This document shows, piece by piece, positions 32,427 to 32,627 of a stretch of 32,627 nt of DNA (the stretch's first letter is position 1; the number at the start of each line of letters is the position of its first letter). The translations under genes and the position numbers were made by a program. A model generated the notes under the pieces. That model ran no database searches. It was not told the DNA's origin and saw only the letters and a program-made list of their open reading frames with translations. The DNA comes from a virus (Duplodnaviria; Caudoviricetes): the IMG/VR virus record IMGVR_UViG_3300028393_000226, positions 1 through 32,627 of that record; one strand, given 5' to 3'.

Positions 32427-32627
32427 TCATCCCTCCAAACCTTGCAGGCGGAGCAATTGCGACAGGCTAGGCGTAGGAGTCGGTAGACCCGCGAGGGAGA
32501 ACTCACCGGACAACATGGCCTCAAGGATGGAATCGACGCGCTGTGCCCGTAGGGATGAGGCTAGGTCACTCCCTAGCAGAACTGCCCCACCGTTGGCCAC
32601 GTCCCGGCCCTGTGCCACCATGTTCAC
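32427..32627 (-). CDS. 3' end of a gene truncated by the window edge
   Basis: The frame is open to the window end and stops 4 nt before the next start. Confidence 0.5.
   Translation of the reverse strand: MNMVAQGRDVANGGAVLLGSDLASSLRAQRVDSILEAMLSGEFSLAGLPTPTPSLSQLLRLQGLEG

Overview
This window is most of a temperate, podovirus-type (short tail, internal virion proteins, no tape measure) phage or prophage of an actinobacterial host. 1-18814 (+) is the late operon: internal virion proteins, scaffold, major capsid protein, a post-capsid fibre cassette, adaptor, tail fibre, lysis genes with an inserted FMN-binding protein, and a nozzle-like protein. 19155-21085 is a lysogeny module: an Lsr2-like small protein and tyrosine integrase (-), an attP core copying a tRNA-Leu-type 3' end, and an L5 gp71-like repressor (+). 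21351-27651 (+) is the replication/nucleotide module: Cas4-like nuclease, DnaB-like helicase, resolvase, split primase, DUF4406+Nmad1 fusion, DEDD exonuclease and a sigma-like factor, with no DNA polymerase. 27693-32627 (-) is an early/accessory module: Rpf-like, WhiB, GGCT, class II GATase and Cys-rich proteins. The strongest unexplained signal is a genome-wide iterated octamer GT[GT]TA[AC]AC (16 GTTTAAAC and 21 GTTTACAC/GTGTAAAC counted by eye), often placed between the Shine-Dalgarno site and the start codon, in a genome that otherwise avoids palindromes such as AGCT. All family assignments come from motif recognition by eye. No searches were run.
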